DNA of 64,000 nt from Eledone cirrhosa (taxonomy: Eukaryota): contig OZ024754.1 in NCBI GenBank assembly GCA_964016885.1, positions 28,396,001-28,460,000 of the forward strand. The letters run 5' to 3'. Positions 52,601-64,000 of this stretch are shown piece after piece (position 1 is the stretch's first letter; every line of letters starts with the position of its first letter). The notes under the pieces were generated by a model. That model was not told where the DNA came from. It searched no databases and saw only the letters and a program-made list of their open reading frames with translations. The translations under genes and the position numbers were made by a program.

Positions 52601-54217
52601 ATTTTATTGTGGAGTCAGTGCTACCACTTTACAGAGTAGACTGGGTGCATTTTATTGTGGAGTCAGTGCTACAACTTTACAGAGTAGACTGGGTACATTT
52701 TATTGTGGAGCCAGCTCTACCACTTTACAGAGTAGACTGGGTACATTTTATTGTGGAGTCAATGCTACAACTTTACAGAGTAGACTGGGTGCATTTTATT
52801 GTGGAGCCAGTACTACCACTTTACAGAGTAGACTGGGTGCATTTTATTGTGGAGTCAGTGCTACCACTTTACAGAGTAGACTGGGTGCATTTTATTGTGG
52901 AGTCAGTGCTACAACTTTACAGAGTAGACTGGGTGCATTTTATTGTGGAGTCAGTACTACCACTTTACAGAGTAGACTGGGTGCATTTTATTGTGGAGCC
53001 AGCTCTCCCACTTTACAGAGTAGACTGAGTACATTTTATTGTGGAGCCAGCTCTCCCACTTTACAGAGTAGACTGGGTACATTTTATTGTGGAGTCAATG
53101 CTACAACTTTACAGAGTAGACTGGGTGCATTTTATTGTGGAGTCAGTGCTACCACTTTACAGAGTAGACTGGGTGCATTTTATTGTGGAGTCAGTGCTAC
53201 AACTTTACAGAGTAGACTGGGTGCATTTTATTGTGGAGTCAGTACTACCACTTTACAGAGTAGACTGGGTGCATTTTATTGTGGAGTCAGTACTACCACT
53301 TTACAGAGTAGACTGGGTGCATTTTATTGTGGAGCCAGTGCTACCACTTTACAGAGTAGACTGGGTGCATTTTATTGTGGAGTCAGTGCTACCACTTTAC
53401 AGAGTAGACTGGGTGCATTTTATTGTGGAGTCAGTGCTACCACTTTACAGAGTAGACTGGGTGCATTTTATTGTGGAGTCAGTGCTACAACTTTACAGAG
53501 TAGACTGGGTGCATTTTATTGTGGAGTCAGTACTACCACTTTACAGAGTAGACTGGGTGCATTTTATTGTGGAGTCAGTGCTACTACTTTACAGAGTAGA
53601 CTGGGTGCATTTTATTGTGGAGTCAGTGCTACCACTTTACTGAGTAGACTGGGTGCATTTTATTGTGGAGTCAGTGCTACAACTTTATAGAGTAGACTGG
53701 GTGCATTTTATTGTGGAGTCAGTACTACCACTTTACAGAGTAGACTGGGTGCATTTTATTGTGGAGTCAGTGCTACTACTTTACAGAGTAGACTGGGTGC
53801 ATTTTATTGTGGAGTCAGTGCTACCACTTTACAGAGTAGACTGGGTGCATTTTATTGTGGAGTCAGTGCTACCACTTTACTGAGTAGACTGGGTGCATTT
53901 TATTGTGGAGTCAGTGCTACCACTTTACAGAGTAGACTGGGTGCATTTTATTGTGGAGTCAGTGCTACAACTTTATAGAGTAGACTGGGTGCATTTTATT
54001 GTGGAGCCAGTACTACCACTTTACAGAGTAGACTGGGTACATTTTATTGTGGAGTCAGTGCTACCACTTTACAGAGTAGACTGGGTGCATTTTATTGTGG
54101 AGTCACTGCTACCACTTTACAGAGTAGACTGGGTGGAGTCACTGCTACCACTTTATAGAGTAGACTCAGTGCATTTTATTGTGGAGTCAGTGCTACCACT
54201 TTACTGAGTAGACTAGG
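49645..54217 (-). repeat. Array S2: 48-bp tandem repeat, about 95 copies, in the 3' UTR of a minus-strand RTE relic
   Basis: + unit GAGTAGACTGGGT(A/G)CATTTTATTGTGGAGTCAGTGCTACCACTTTACA; preceded by degenerate GATACCCTTTTTAACATTAACCACATTACAG tail motif and followed by RTE ORF relic. Confidence 0.97.
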
Positions 54218-54289
54218 TATGTTTTATCATAGCCCAGCACTAGAGTGGTTGTCACCTCTCCTTCATGGGGCTCAATTTTTCAAAGTCAT

Positions 54290-55155
54290 TCCTTATAACT
54301 TTGTCCCATGTTTTTTCTTGGTCTCTCTCTCCTACCATTCTATCAAATATTACTCTCATTATGCATCACATGCCCATACGAGCGCAATCATTTTTTCATT
54401 TGCCTCATACAATTCCTCTTATACTCAAATTTTCTCTTAGTTCACGTGTGATCTATTGTTCCTGCATTATACATCCAGCAAATCATGCTTGTTTCATTTC
54501 CTTTTAGCCACTGTAAATTTTTTACTCTCAAGGCTAATGTCTCATTGCCATATAGCATTACAGTTTGGATACATGTATTATATAATCTGTCCTTCATTTT
54601 TGTTGTCAGCTCAGGTAACAGTACCCTGTACCTTGTATACATGCTAGCCACAATATGTTTGGTACATCCACCCACACTGCTAATGTAATAACCTAGGTAG
54701 CTATTAGACTCTTATTCCTCATCGTCCTTGCCAAGAGTTTTAGCTAGTTTGTCTACAAAACTATGTGTGTTTTGTGGTTTTTTTAATTTCCACATTCTTC
54801 TCCATACTGTCCTTGGTTTATCTATCTTGAAGTCACTAATCACCAGTTTATTATGGGTGATGCATCCTTCATGAGAAAATGACTTGGCATACACAGCCAT
54901 CAGTCTATAACATTTCCTAGTTAGAATAACATTGATCTAACTTGTGTGTCTTCATGATTGGCTGGTGACCAAACGATTGGACATTTTCTTGAAGCTGGTA
55001 TTGCAAATTGTCAGATTATTCACACCATAAAACTCCAGAAGCCTTGATCACTCTTCATTTTGGACACAAAGCCCATAACTTCCATACATCCCATTGTGTC
55101 CTTTCTGGTGCTGTCCTACATATTCATTTAAGTCACCAGCCATGATAATGAGGGT
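54290..55155 (-). mobile_element. Internally deleted, degenerate RTE LINE (AP-endonuclease end joined to RT C-terminus)
   Basis: LIIMAGDLNEYVG, RLLEF..NNLTICNTSFKK, HNKLVISDF, then MKDRLYNTCIQTVMLYGNET...NETSMICWM. Confidence 0.8.
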
Positions 55156-56027
55156 ATGTGTGTATGTATACTCTATTTAGGTATTGGGCACCTTTTGTGT
55201 TTGCAAATTCATATATACATTCATTCATGTGTACACACACATACAAACACATATATATATATATATGTGTTTATGTTTATTGCTTGTTTATGTCCCATAA
55301 CTCGGAAGTTTGACCAAAAACATTGATAAAATAAGTAGTAGACTTGAAAAAAATACTGGAGTCGATATAACCAACTAAATCTATTTCAGGAATTGTCCCA
55401 GCATGGCCAAACTCCAATAGCAGAAAGTAGTAAAATAATAAAAGTGTAAAAGAAACTAATAGATTTTCCTTGTATTTAAATCTAAAACTTCATGGAATTA
55501 TTTCAGTGTTAGGTTTTCTTGTATGTAAATCTAAAACATAGGCATTTCTATAGATATTTCAGTGTTAGCAAATATAATCAGCTGTCAGAGAGAAGGAAAA
55601 AAATAAAGAACTGAAGAAAACCTTAAAGGCTTAGATATAGAAATATCTTTGAATATATACAAACAATTCCATCTGAATAATCCTAGGGATTAATGGAATA
55701 GAAACTTATCAAAAGAATTGGTGTGTTTGTGTTGATATATACCCAAACAAGACAACAGAACAGAAAACACAAATTGAGCTGATACCAACATATTTTTCAT
55801 TACACAAACCACAAAATGGCACATCTCATATCTTCCAAATATGGGCATTGGAATAAAAACATTTACACATGGTCATGCACACACACAAAATAAGAAAACA
55901 CATATATCAGTTAACCCTTTCGTTACCATATTTGTAATGAAAGGCACTGCCTATGGTTTTCATATAATCAAGAGTTTAGAGGGATTTAGCAGTATAACTA
56001 TCTTTCTTGTTATCATGCTAGTATCTA

Positions 56028-56222
56028 AGATGGTGGATTGGCAGTATCGGTAGAGCACCAGACACTATGCTTCACGGCATACAGTTACAGTCCTTTATGT
56101 TCTGATTTTAAATCCTGCTGAGGTTAGTTTTGCCTTTCATCCTTACAGGGTTGATAAAATAAAGTACCAGTAATGCACTGGGGATGATTTAATCACCCCC
56201 CTCCAATTTGCTGGCCTTGTGT
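56028..56222 (+). mobile_element. tRNA-derived SINE
   Basis: GGTGGATTGGCAGTATCGGTAG head and shared core. Confidence 0.85.
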
Positions 56223-58003
56223 AATGTAATTCTGAGGAAGATTCAGCATGACACAGTGTGTGACAAGGCTGGTCCATTGAATTACAGGTACAGTTTTTCT
56301 TATAGTATAAGTGGCTGGGTACTCCACAAACATGTGTACCTTCAATGTAATTCAAGTAAACCTGAAACCATGTGGTTGCGAAGTAAACCCCTTAACCACA
56401 TAGCCATGTCTGCACCCATCATGTAAAGTTGTAAAATATTGACTACAGTACATTCTTAACAAATTAAAGTTTTTGATTATATGATTCTATTTCCAATTTG
56501 GGTAATTTTCCTCATTCCTCTAAAAAAAAAAACTCTTTTACTGTCTGAATTTATTGAGATTTTTTCGTTTTGCTGGCTTACACTATAATAAACATTGTTT
56601 ACAATTATCGTTTGATTGAAATAATGAAAATAAGAAGATTCTGTCAACATATGACTAAGGATTCTACACCAATTTTCAAATAATTTTTTATTCATTTAAT
56701 TAAAGGCTTACAATTTTAATTTAAAAAAATTGCAAACAAACAAAACCTTGTTTATTTATTTCTTAAAAATCTAAACATATAGATGTTTTCCCTTTTTCCA
56801 GAATACAATTATTTCATTTATGAAAACACATTAGAATTTTCTCCTTATTAAATTAAACAAGAAAAATGTTTTAAAAATTGTTATATTTAGTGACATCTGT
56901 TTATTCAATAGATATCACAAACTGTTGTTTAATTATTTGAAAAGGAAAAAGAAATCCTAGAGGAAAAATAATTATATATAGTGTAATGATGAGATTGTGT
57001 TTTTGTTGTTTTAAAAAGATTTGATGGGTTTTTTTCCCCTCTCTTAATAATTTATGTGTTGCTCTTGTAACATGACTCCATGGAGGATAAACTAAAACTC
57101 ATAAAGTTCTCTTTTGATTCACTGGCTGATTCAGCAGCTATTTCAGCCTCCACAAACATAGAACAACTAAAACATTGAATTAAAAATTATCATAAATGAT
57201 CTCAGCAAATAATCCAGGGACTTGATTCATGTTTGTTCAGGGTTATTTTTTGTTTAAATAAATATTTATTGCTAAACTTTTATCAACATTTCAAGCTTGT
57301 TAATAACCTCTCCTCTTTGCTTATTTCACTTCAACCGCTATATAAATGTGATGTTTTCTTCCATAAAACAAATAGTGACATTGGTTATATTTATAAATGT
57401 TTGAAGTACATGCAATCTTCCTTGAACATATTGAACACTGAATACATATGATCAATAATTATAGTTCATATGTTGAATTCACTTGAGGAAACATAATGTG
57501 AGATGTTTACATGACTAATCCTGTTTTCATAAAATGATGAGGAAATATGTAGAGAAAGTAAAATAGACCTGGAGTTATGATGTGCAAGATAATAAAATAT
57601 TTTTATTTATTTATTTCCCCAGTTGATATTGTCTATATACTAAGGAAAATAAATTTAACTCTTAACGTCCTATACCACATGAAACTATATGGATACTACA
57701 ATCTTAAAAACTACAAAACAACACTATGATTACATCACATTAAAAATCAAAGTTTTTACCTTAGTTTACAGCAAATTTTCAATCAGATCTGTTCCCTTGT
57801 ATAGATACTATAAACCTTTGAATCGATAGAAACCTGTTTTAAAATGTTTTCCTGATAAATCAATATAGGATTTTAAAGAAACAGTTGATATTGTGTACAA
57901 TACTGTATCTGGTACAGAATAGATACATCATATCTCTGCATGTAGTAAGAGATGACTGAAATGATTGGCACTAGGAAGGACATCTGGATGTAAAACACCG
58001 TTT

Positions 58004-58430
58004 CTAAAGATGAATTGGCCTCTCTGCATCATATGATTTGTATCGAAGGTACTCATGCATAATTCTTCTTATAGTGTGCCTTGAAACCATGACTTTCTGG
58101 GGTTTACCGATAATCTTTTGCACCTTTTGTACAAATTTGGGTGTTCTGATGGTATTAAAACCCTTTGCAGGCATTTTACATTTAGATACTGCTGTAGAAT
58201 CCCTGTCAGTGTCTTCCAGCTTTTTGTGAACTTTGACAACAAACGTCCATGCAACTTTCAGGAAGCAAGCAATCTCTAAATCACTATGATCTGTTTTTCA
58301 AGCAATTATTACAGCATGTTTTTTTATTTGCTGAGTTAGCTTAATGTCTGTCATGTATCTGAAAAGAAATGATTATTAGAACCAGATAGAGCTATTAAAA
58401 AATGTGTCCTTAGAGAACTAGATGACCCTG
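58004..58430 (-). mobile_element. Tc1/mariner-superfamily relic: 5' terminus and N-terminal transposase HTH region
   Basis: TA|CAGGGTCATC terminus at 58430; from 58354 MTDIKLTQQIKKHAVIIA*KTDHSDLEIACFLKVAWTFVVKVHKKLE...IRTPKFVQKVQKII...VSRHTIRRIMHEYLRYKSY. Confidence 0.7.
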
Positions 58431-58827
58431 TATATATACTTAAGTCAACATAAATTCTGTCTACTACCTCCACCTGCTTTTGTTTCTTTATACCGTTCTT
58501 TATAATATATATTTTGCAGCAGAGATACATTTTCGTTGGTATATATAATGGTTATGCTGACACAATTGAGAAAATGTCATTTTCACTCACGTAACATACC
58601 TGTAATTTTCTGTGATCTTAAAATGAAGTATTCCCAAAAGTAATATATTCATAGACATCTTGTCCACCAAAATGCAGTCACAATAAATATAAAAACTTAC
58701 AAACATACTTTTATAAATATACTGCAACATTGTCACACACATACATATATAATCATGCATAGACAGTGACATACATACAGTTATAACCACATAAATCTAA
58801 ATAGTCAATATATATATATATATACAC

Positions 58828-58970
58828 ATCTGAGAGCAGACCTCAGATCGCTGAAGCTCATGGAGGAGATGACAAAGGACCATGATGAATGGAGAGATGC
58901 TGTGCTTAATAGGACCCGTCCCACTCTTGCAAGCAGGGAAAAGCGGACATAAAATGATGATGATGATGCA
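58828..58970 (+). mobile_element. RTE LINE extreme 3' fragment with (GAT)n tail
   Basis: DLRSLKLMEEMTKDHDEWRDAVLNRTRPT; GCGGACATAAAATGATGATGATG. Confidence 0.8.
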
Positions 58971-60299
58971 TTGTATAGCTGACCACGTTATTCTTCACTC
59001 TTTTTCTATATATATATATGCATATTTATTTTATACATTTATACATATTGGATACATATTTATTGAAAATAATGTGAATTAAGCATGTGTTTTTAATTAT
59101 TCTGTGAATTTTGTATATTAGTTATTTTTTTACACAAGCTTTTATTTTCCTCTTGTACAAGTTCATGATATGGAGCTTGAATAACTTAACAAAAATGGAT
59201 CTACTTGTCAGTTGTTAAATGGTTTCCAGCTCTTTTAAGGCATGCATTTCATTCAATTTTTATGTTAAATAAAAAAAAACCTGCTACATTTGGAAGATGG
59301 TGATATTGTCTAAGAGGAAGTAAACAAAAATTTGAGAAACTTGTCGAAGCAGATAAAGTGGTTTTGTAGAACAAAGTTAGAGTTGTGAAACAAGAACTAT
59401 ATTCGGAATGACACTTAAAAACATTTTAGATATCAAAATATTAAAATTTCATAAAATTTTTCTCCACTCATAAGGACTTACAAAACTGTCCCATCTAAAC
59501 ACAGTGTTGACTTGCTACCTCAGCTTATAGACAGGGTTTGGATTTTTGCCCACATCGCAGACTTAAAATAGTGGGGTCTATTTATATTGGGAATAGCTTA
59601 TACACGAATATACACAGTAATAGACTTTTACTGGTTTTAATCATTGGACTGCATGCATGTTGGGGCAATGCCTGGAAGGATTAGAATTTATCATATCTAT
59701 CTGAGTACTTATTTCATCAATCTCTGTGTTTTGAACTGCTAAGTTACTATTGTTTGGAATATAACTTAACAAAGATTCATACTTAAAATTATGATGGAAG
59801 TTATTTTGATATATACAAACACTTCAAAATAAACAGCTTTGTATCATAAAAGGAGGGGCAGTTTCAGTTGGTTTTATATCAATAGGGTCCAGTTTGATAA
59901 ATTGAACTGGTAAAACATATGCCAAAGTTTAATTGTTTGTGAGAATATTTAACTTCAATGAAAGCAATTGTGAGTGTATGTATCCAGACAGTAAGGTTTG
60001 GCACAAAAACATCTCAATCGGATGTAAATGGCAATAGAAAAATACTGATTAAGCATTGATTGAGCAACAACATGGGAGATAAAATATTCACAGAAAATCC
60101 AATGCCAGCTTGGAGTTGCCACCCCTGGCCAGGAGCCATAGAAGTGGTACCAGTTTGAGGCTGGCCTCCTGGCTAGGTGCCAGAAAACACGCACGCGCAC
60201 GCACACGCACACACACTAATAATGCTTTCTTTATTAACCACAAGGGTTTACATAAAGTAGGCATTAAGGACAGTACAGGACAATAATGATAATAATAAT

Positions 60300-62165
60300 A
60301 AGATGGTAATGAGGAATTGCAAGAGGAGACACACTGGTCTTGCCATGGGATGGATAGACTACAAATAGGCATTTGACATGGTGCCTCATTCTTGGATCAC
60401 CAAAAGCCTAGAGATCTTCAAGGTAGCAGATAACATCAGACAGTTGTTGGGCAAAAGTATGAAGTCCTGGAAAACAGAGTTAGCATCAGCTGGAGAATCC
60501 TTGGGAGGCATGAAGATCAAGAGAGGTATCTTCCAGGGAGATAGTCTGTCCCCTCTGTTGTTTGTTTTTGCCCTGATGCCCCTGACCATTATACTGCAAA
60601 AAGTGAGAGCAGGATACAAGTTGGGAAAGGGAGAGCTTACCATCAATCACCTCCTCTTCATGGACGATCTTAAGCTCTTCGGGAAGAGTGAGGAGTTGGA
60701 TGTGCTTGTTGACACTGTCCGTATTTTCAGCAATGATATATGTATGCAATTTGGTATTAGTAAGTGTGGAGTCCTTGTGATGAAGAGGGGTAAATTGAGC
60801 AGAAGCAATGGAATCCAGCTACCAACAGGTGAGATGATAAAGGAAATTGACACTGAAGAAGGATACAAGTATTTGGGTGTTCTGGAGGCTGATGACATCA
60901 AGAACAAAAATATGAAGGAATTGATAAGATCTGAATACATTTGGAGAGTAAGGAGCGTATTAAAGTCACATCTGAACAGTAGGAATGCCATAAGTGCAGT
61001 AAATTCCCAAGCTGTGTCTATTATTAGGTACAGTGCGGGAATTCTGAGATGGAATGTTGCTGAACAAAAAGAAATGGATAGGAAGACTAGGAAGCTATTG
61101 ACTATCTACAACATGTTCCACAAGAGGAGTGATGTCGATAGACTCTACTTAAGGAGATCTGAAGGTGGAAGAGGTCTTATCAGCATAGAGGACTGTGTTC
61201 AGATGGAGAAAAACAACCTACACAAATACGTGACTGATAGTAAGGAGCCAATGCTCAGAATTGTACTGAAGGAGAGGACAATAGACCAGGGGATGTCCAA
61301 GGAGGAAATAACGAGGAGAAAGAGCAGCTTTCATGAAAATTCCCTTCATAGTACCTTCTTTGAGAAAACTGAATTCAGAGATCCACAGACATGGAACTGG
61401 TTGAAAAGAGGAGACCTTAAAAAGGCTACAGAAGGAATGCTAATGGCTGCGCAAGAGCAGGCCCTCAAAACGAAGTGGTTGAAACACCATATTTACAAGG
61501 AGGAGGCTAGCCCACTGTGCAGGATCTGCGGAGAGAGAGAGGAGACTGTGGCTCACATTGTATCCGAGTGTAAACACCTAGCCCAGACTCACTATAAGGG
61601 CTGGAGACATCATGTGATGGGCAGGGTGATCCACTGGCACCTATGCAAAGTAAACAATTTACCACATTCTGAGAAGTGGTATGAGCATAAGCCAGAGTCG
61701 GTGATAGAAAACGATCAGATGAAGGTGCTGTGGGATTTTAGGATATATACGGACAAGAAACTGGAACACAATATACCTGACCTGGTGGTTTTGGACAAGG
61801 AAAAAAGATCGTGCCTGATTGTGGATGTGGCCTGCCCATTCGACACGGGAGTGCAAGAGAAGGAGAGGGAGAAAATTAACCGATACCAGGACTTAAAGTG
61901 GGAGGTAAAGAGGATTTGGAACTGCCATGAAGTCAAAGTGGTCCCTATTGTCATAGGCGCACTGGGGACTATCTCAAAAAGTTTCCAGGGATGGTTAAAG
62001 AAAATTGGCCCTGCCACGCTTTTTGGAACGCTTCAAACGGCATGCTTGCTGCGAACAGCAAGAACCCTCCGATACGTCCTGAATATCTGAGGCTGCAGGT
62101 AGTGGCTTGATATTCATTCCAACAAACTTTCCAGTTAACTAACATCAATGACTGAGACTCAAAGA
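60300..62165 (+). mobile_element. 5'-truncated R4/Dong-clade retrotransposon (RT + CCHC + RLE), ORF 60378-62090
   Basis: WIDYK*AFDMVPHSW, RGIFQGDSLSPLLF, HLLFMDDLKL, YKYLG, EGGRGL, AAQEQAL, CRIC..HIVSEC, PDLVV, KINRYQDL, VVPIVIGALG; begins right after (TAA)n. Confidence 0.95.
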
Positions 62166-62372
62166 ACAACAACACCAACAATACTAACAACAACACCACC
62201 ACCACCAACACCAACACCACAACACCACCACCAACACCACAACACCACCACCACCAACACCACCAACACCACCACCAACACCACCAACACCACCAACACC
62301 ACCACCAACACCACCAACACCACCAACACCACCAACACCACCACCACCACCACCACCACCACTACTACTATA
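62166..62372. repeat. (AAC)/(ACC)/(ACT) trinucleotide tract at the 3' end of the R4 element
   Basis: Directly visible. Confidence 0.9.
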
Positions 62373-63220
62373 CTGTACCAGTAACCATATTAGCTGTACC
62401 AGGTTGCCAAGTTGGAGGGTGTCATTCATGGCCGAAAGCCATATAAGATGTTTTAGCAATGAAATAAAAAGAAACTGGCAGAGCATGTCCATAAAAAATA
62501 ATAATTAAAAACTGTAAATGTCTTATTAAAAAGAAAAGCATACATGTACCAAAGATAGTATAAGTTAGTTATGCATGATGTTTCATGTCAGTGCAGTGGT
62601 GTATATTTTTATTTAATTTGTGTTCTGTGGAAGTTACTTCAGTCAATGCCATGTTTTTGGAATGTAATCAATTTTTCTGGCATCAACTCATTGAGTTTTT
62701 CTTTTATTGTTTATTGGGGTGTGGAGGGTGGCTGGTTCCCACTCAAAATTGGTCTGCAGAATTTGATAAAATAATGATGTCATATATTTGTATTTTCAAC
62801 TCATAAAAGAAGTACAAGTGTATATATAGGTGTATATATATGTTTGCCTCTATATGTAGATGTAATAGTCATGTGTGTGTGTATGTATGTATAGTGTGTG
62901 TATGTGCCTATGCATGTGGGTGTATAGTCATGTGTGTGTGCAGATGCATGTATATACAACATTTTCACAAAATTGGTCTGTAGAATTTGATAAAATATCA
63001 TTTATTAGTATTTTCAATTCATAAAAGAAAATAAGTTGTACATATGTGTGTGTGTGCATATGTATGAATAATTGTGTGTGTTAGTACATGCTTATGGGTG
63101 TATTTGTATATGTATGTATGTGTGTATATATATATAAATATACACATGCATATGGGTGTAAAATTGTTTGTGTGTATGTATGTGGATGTATATTTGTATG
63201 TATGTATGTGTGTCTGTGTG

Positions 63221-63251
<31 letters not shown>

Positions 63252-64000
63252 ATACATTCATGTCTTTCTTTATTTGTGTACATGCATGATGTGTATGTAT
63301 AATTGTGAGTGTTCATATATACATGCATATATGTACATATTTTGTGTGTTGTGTGTGTTTTGTGTATTGTATGTGTGTACTGGGAATGTGTGTACATATG
63401 CATATGTGAATGTTACCTGTGAAGTTTTTTAACCTGGAGTAATTCAAACCCCCAGCACCATATCTAAAAACACTGTAAAGGCTACAAACATATTAAAAGA
63501 AAAAAAAAAGAACATCATCTCCTTCACAATACCAAAATGCCAGAAACCACCTCAACTTCTATAATACAAAATTGTTTGTTTTAAAATATTCTTAATTAGA
63601 TTTAAACCTTCCAAAACTAATTTAGGTAAGAAAATTTTGTTATGTAATGTTTCAAACACCACTTTAGTATTGAGAAATTTATATTATTAAATCACTCAAA
63701 ATTCTTGATTATTTTCAAAATTATTTGAAAATCATAGTGGACTGATTTTCATTGTCTTTCGTTAGCAATATGGCAATTCCTGGGTTATAGTTATTATATT
63801 CAGCTAAACACATTTCTTCATAATTTTATGTAAGAATTTTTGTTATGTCCCAAACATCAGATAAATAATTAGGAAGTTAGTTACATTACAAAATCCCTCC
63901 AAATTCTTGATTATTTTCCAAATTATTAAGATATCACCAGCAGTGTCTTTCATTAGAAATATATGTTAAAATAGATGCAGGGTGGTGGGTTGGCAGTATT

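Noticed and set aside
49826-54207. 827-aa and other (ESVLPLYRVDWVHFIV)n ORFs
   Set aside because: Satellite translation with frameshifting 47-bp units and stop variants; antisense to its source UTR
34675-54217. CRISPR-like appearance of regular arrays
   Set aside because: No unique spacers, no cas genes, eukaryotic context

Overview
AT-rich animal genomic DNA, very probably cephalopod (octopus-like SINE/RTE families, heavy (TA)n/(CA)n microsatellite load); the taxon is an inference. The only host coding sequence I can support is two internal + strand exons of a MON2 orthologue (40825-40929, 43876-44033). The rest appears to be very large introns packed with repeats. Retroelements: RTE-clade LINE 3' ends, two R4/Dong-type RLE elements, two Penelope-like elements (one with inverted pseudo-LTRs each carrying a minimal hammerhead ribozyme) and many tRNA-derived SINEs. 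DNA elements: a Chapaev3-like transposase core, a Tc1/mariner relic and TTAA MITEs. There are four large tandem arrays. The most unusual structure is two multi-kb 48-bp arrays, both expanded from a VNTR unit in an RTE/SINE 3' UTR, lying in opposite orientation on either side of the two MON2 exons. Nearly all long ORFs in the supplied track are repeat artefacts. All family assignments are from motif recall, not database searches.
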